The notes under the pieces: model-generated
The model's database searches: none
What the model was told of the DNA's origin: nothing
Seen by the model: the letters and a program-made list of their open reading frames with translations, nothing else
Translations under genes and position numbers: made by a program
Virus record (IMG/VR): IMGVR_UViG_3300025018_000098
Span: 32,001 to 96,000 of that record
DNA: 64,000 nucleotides
Reading direction: 5' to 3' (one strand)
From: a virus
Part shown: piece after piece, positions 63,885 through 64,000 of the stretch
Layout of the letters: each line of letters opens with the position of its first letter
Position numbering within the stretch: position 1 is the first letter of the stretch

Positions 63885-64000
63885 CAGACGAACGCAAGTA
63901 CATCCTCATCGGCCTCGCAGGCTTCACCAGCTCCGGAAAGGACACAGCGGCGGAGTACCTCGATGACACCCACGAGATCACGCCGCGCAGTTTCGCACAC
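63881..64000 (+). CDS. Deoxynucleoside monophosphate kinase, N-terminal fragment
   Basis: ATGA-coupled; MTDERKYILIGLAGFTSSGKDTAAEYL....SFA matches phage dNMP kinase N-terminus. Confidence 0.8.
   Translation, partial: MTDERKYILIGLAGFTSSGKDTAAEYLDDTHEITPRSFAH

Noticed and set aside
1-64000. Stop-codon reassignment
   Set aside because: TAG, TGA and TAA all end tightly packed genes, with TAGTG, TGATG, ATGA and TAATG overlaps; coding density is high under code 11.
1-64000. tRNA/rRNA genes, integrase, introns/inteins, nucleus-shell or tubulin genes, terminase, major capsid, sheath
   Set aside because: None recognised by eye; PolA and DnaB are uninterrupted. Capsid, terminase and sheath probably lie outside the window. 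A tRNAscan/HMM run would be needed to be certain.
1-64000. Host assignment
   Set aside because: Leaderless TAnnnT promoters suggest Actinobacteria/Deinococcus-Thermus-like expression, while spanin-like genes suggest a diderm host. The evidence is insufficient to name one.

Overview
The window is a gene-dense, GC-rich segment of a large lytic myovirus (jumbo-type tailed phage). No host chromosomal genes, integrase, tRNA or CRISPR array were recognised. Plus-strand blocks hold non-structural genes: a MoxR AAA+/VWA-metallopeptidase operon (1.46-5.84 kb); a replication/recombination operon (11.2-27.9 kb) with SF2 helicase, UDG-like protein, DUF932-like protein, DnaB, DnaG, SSB-like protein, family A DNA polymerase, RecA, Hjc-like and RusA resolvases and a Cas4-like nuclease; and the start of a dNMP kinase at the right edge. 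Minus-strand blocks hold virion genes (portal and head-associated proteins 5.9-11.1 kb; lysis cassette, fibre, baseplate and tape measure 27.9-63.6 kb), a sigma-70-family factor (53.2-54.0 kb), and a streamlined RNA polymerase beta subunit running off the left edge (missing from the ORF track). The most notable signal is a two-class promoter code. Class A, CCTATRAGCAAnnTGRA (6 copies), precedes leadered non-structural units and the sigma operon. Class B, G-TAnnnT placed 6-7 nt before the start codon (11 copies, implying leaderless mRNAs), precedes structural genes and the RNAP gene. This suggests an inverted, N4-like programme: a possibly virion-packaged, rifampicin-insensitive multisubunit RNAP plus phage sigma for early genes, and housekeeping-type leaderless promoters for late genes. 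All protein assignments come from motif recognition by eye, not database searches.
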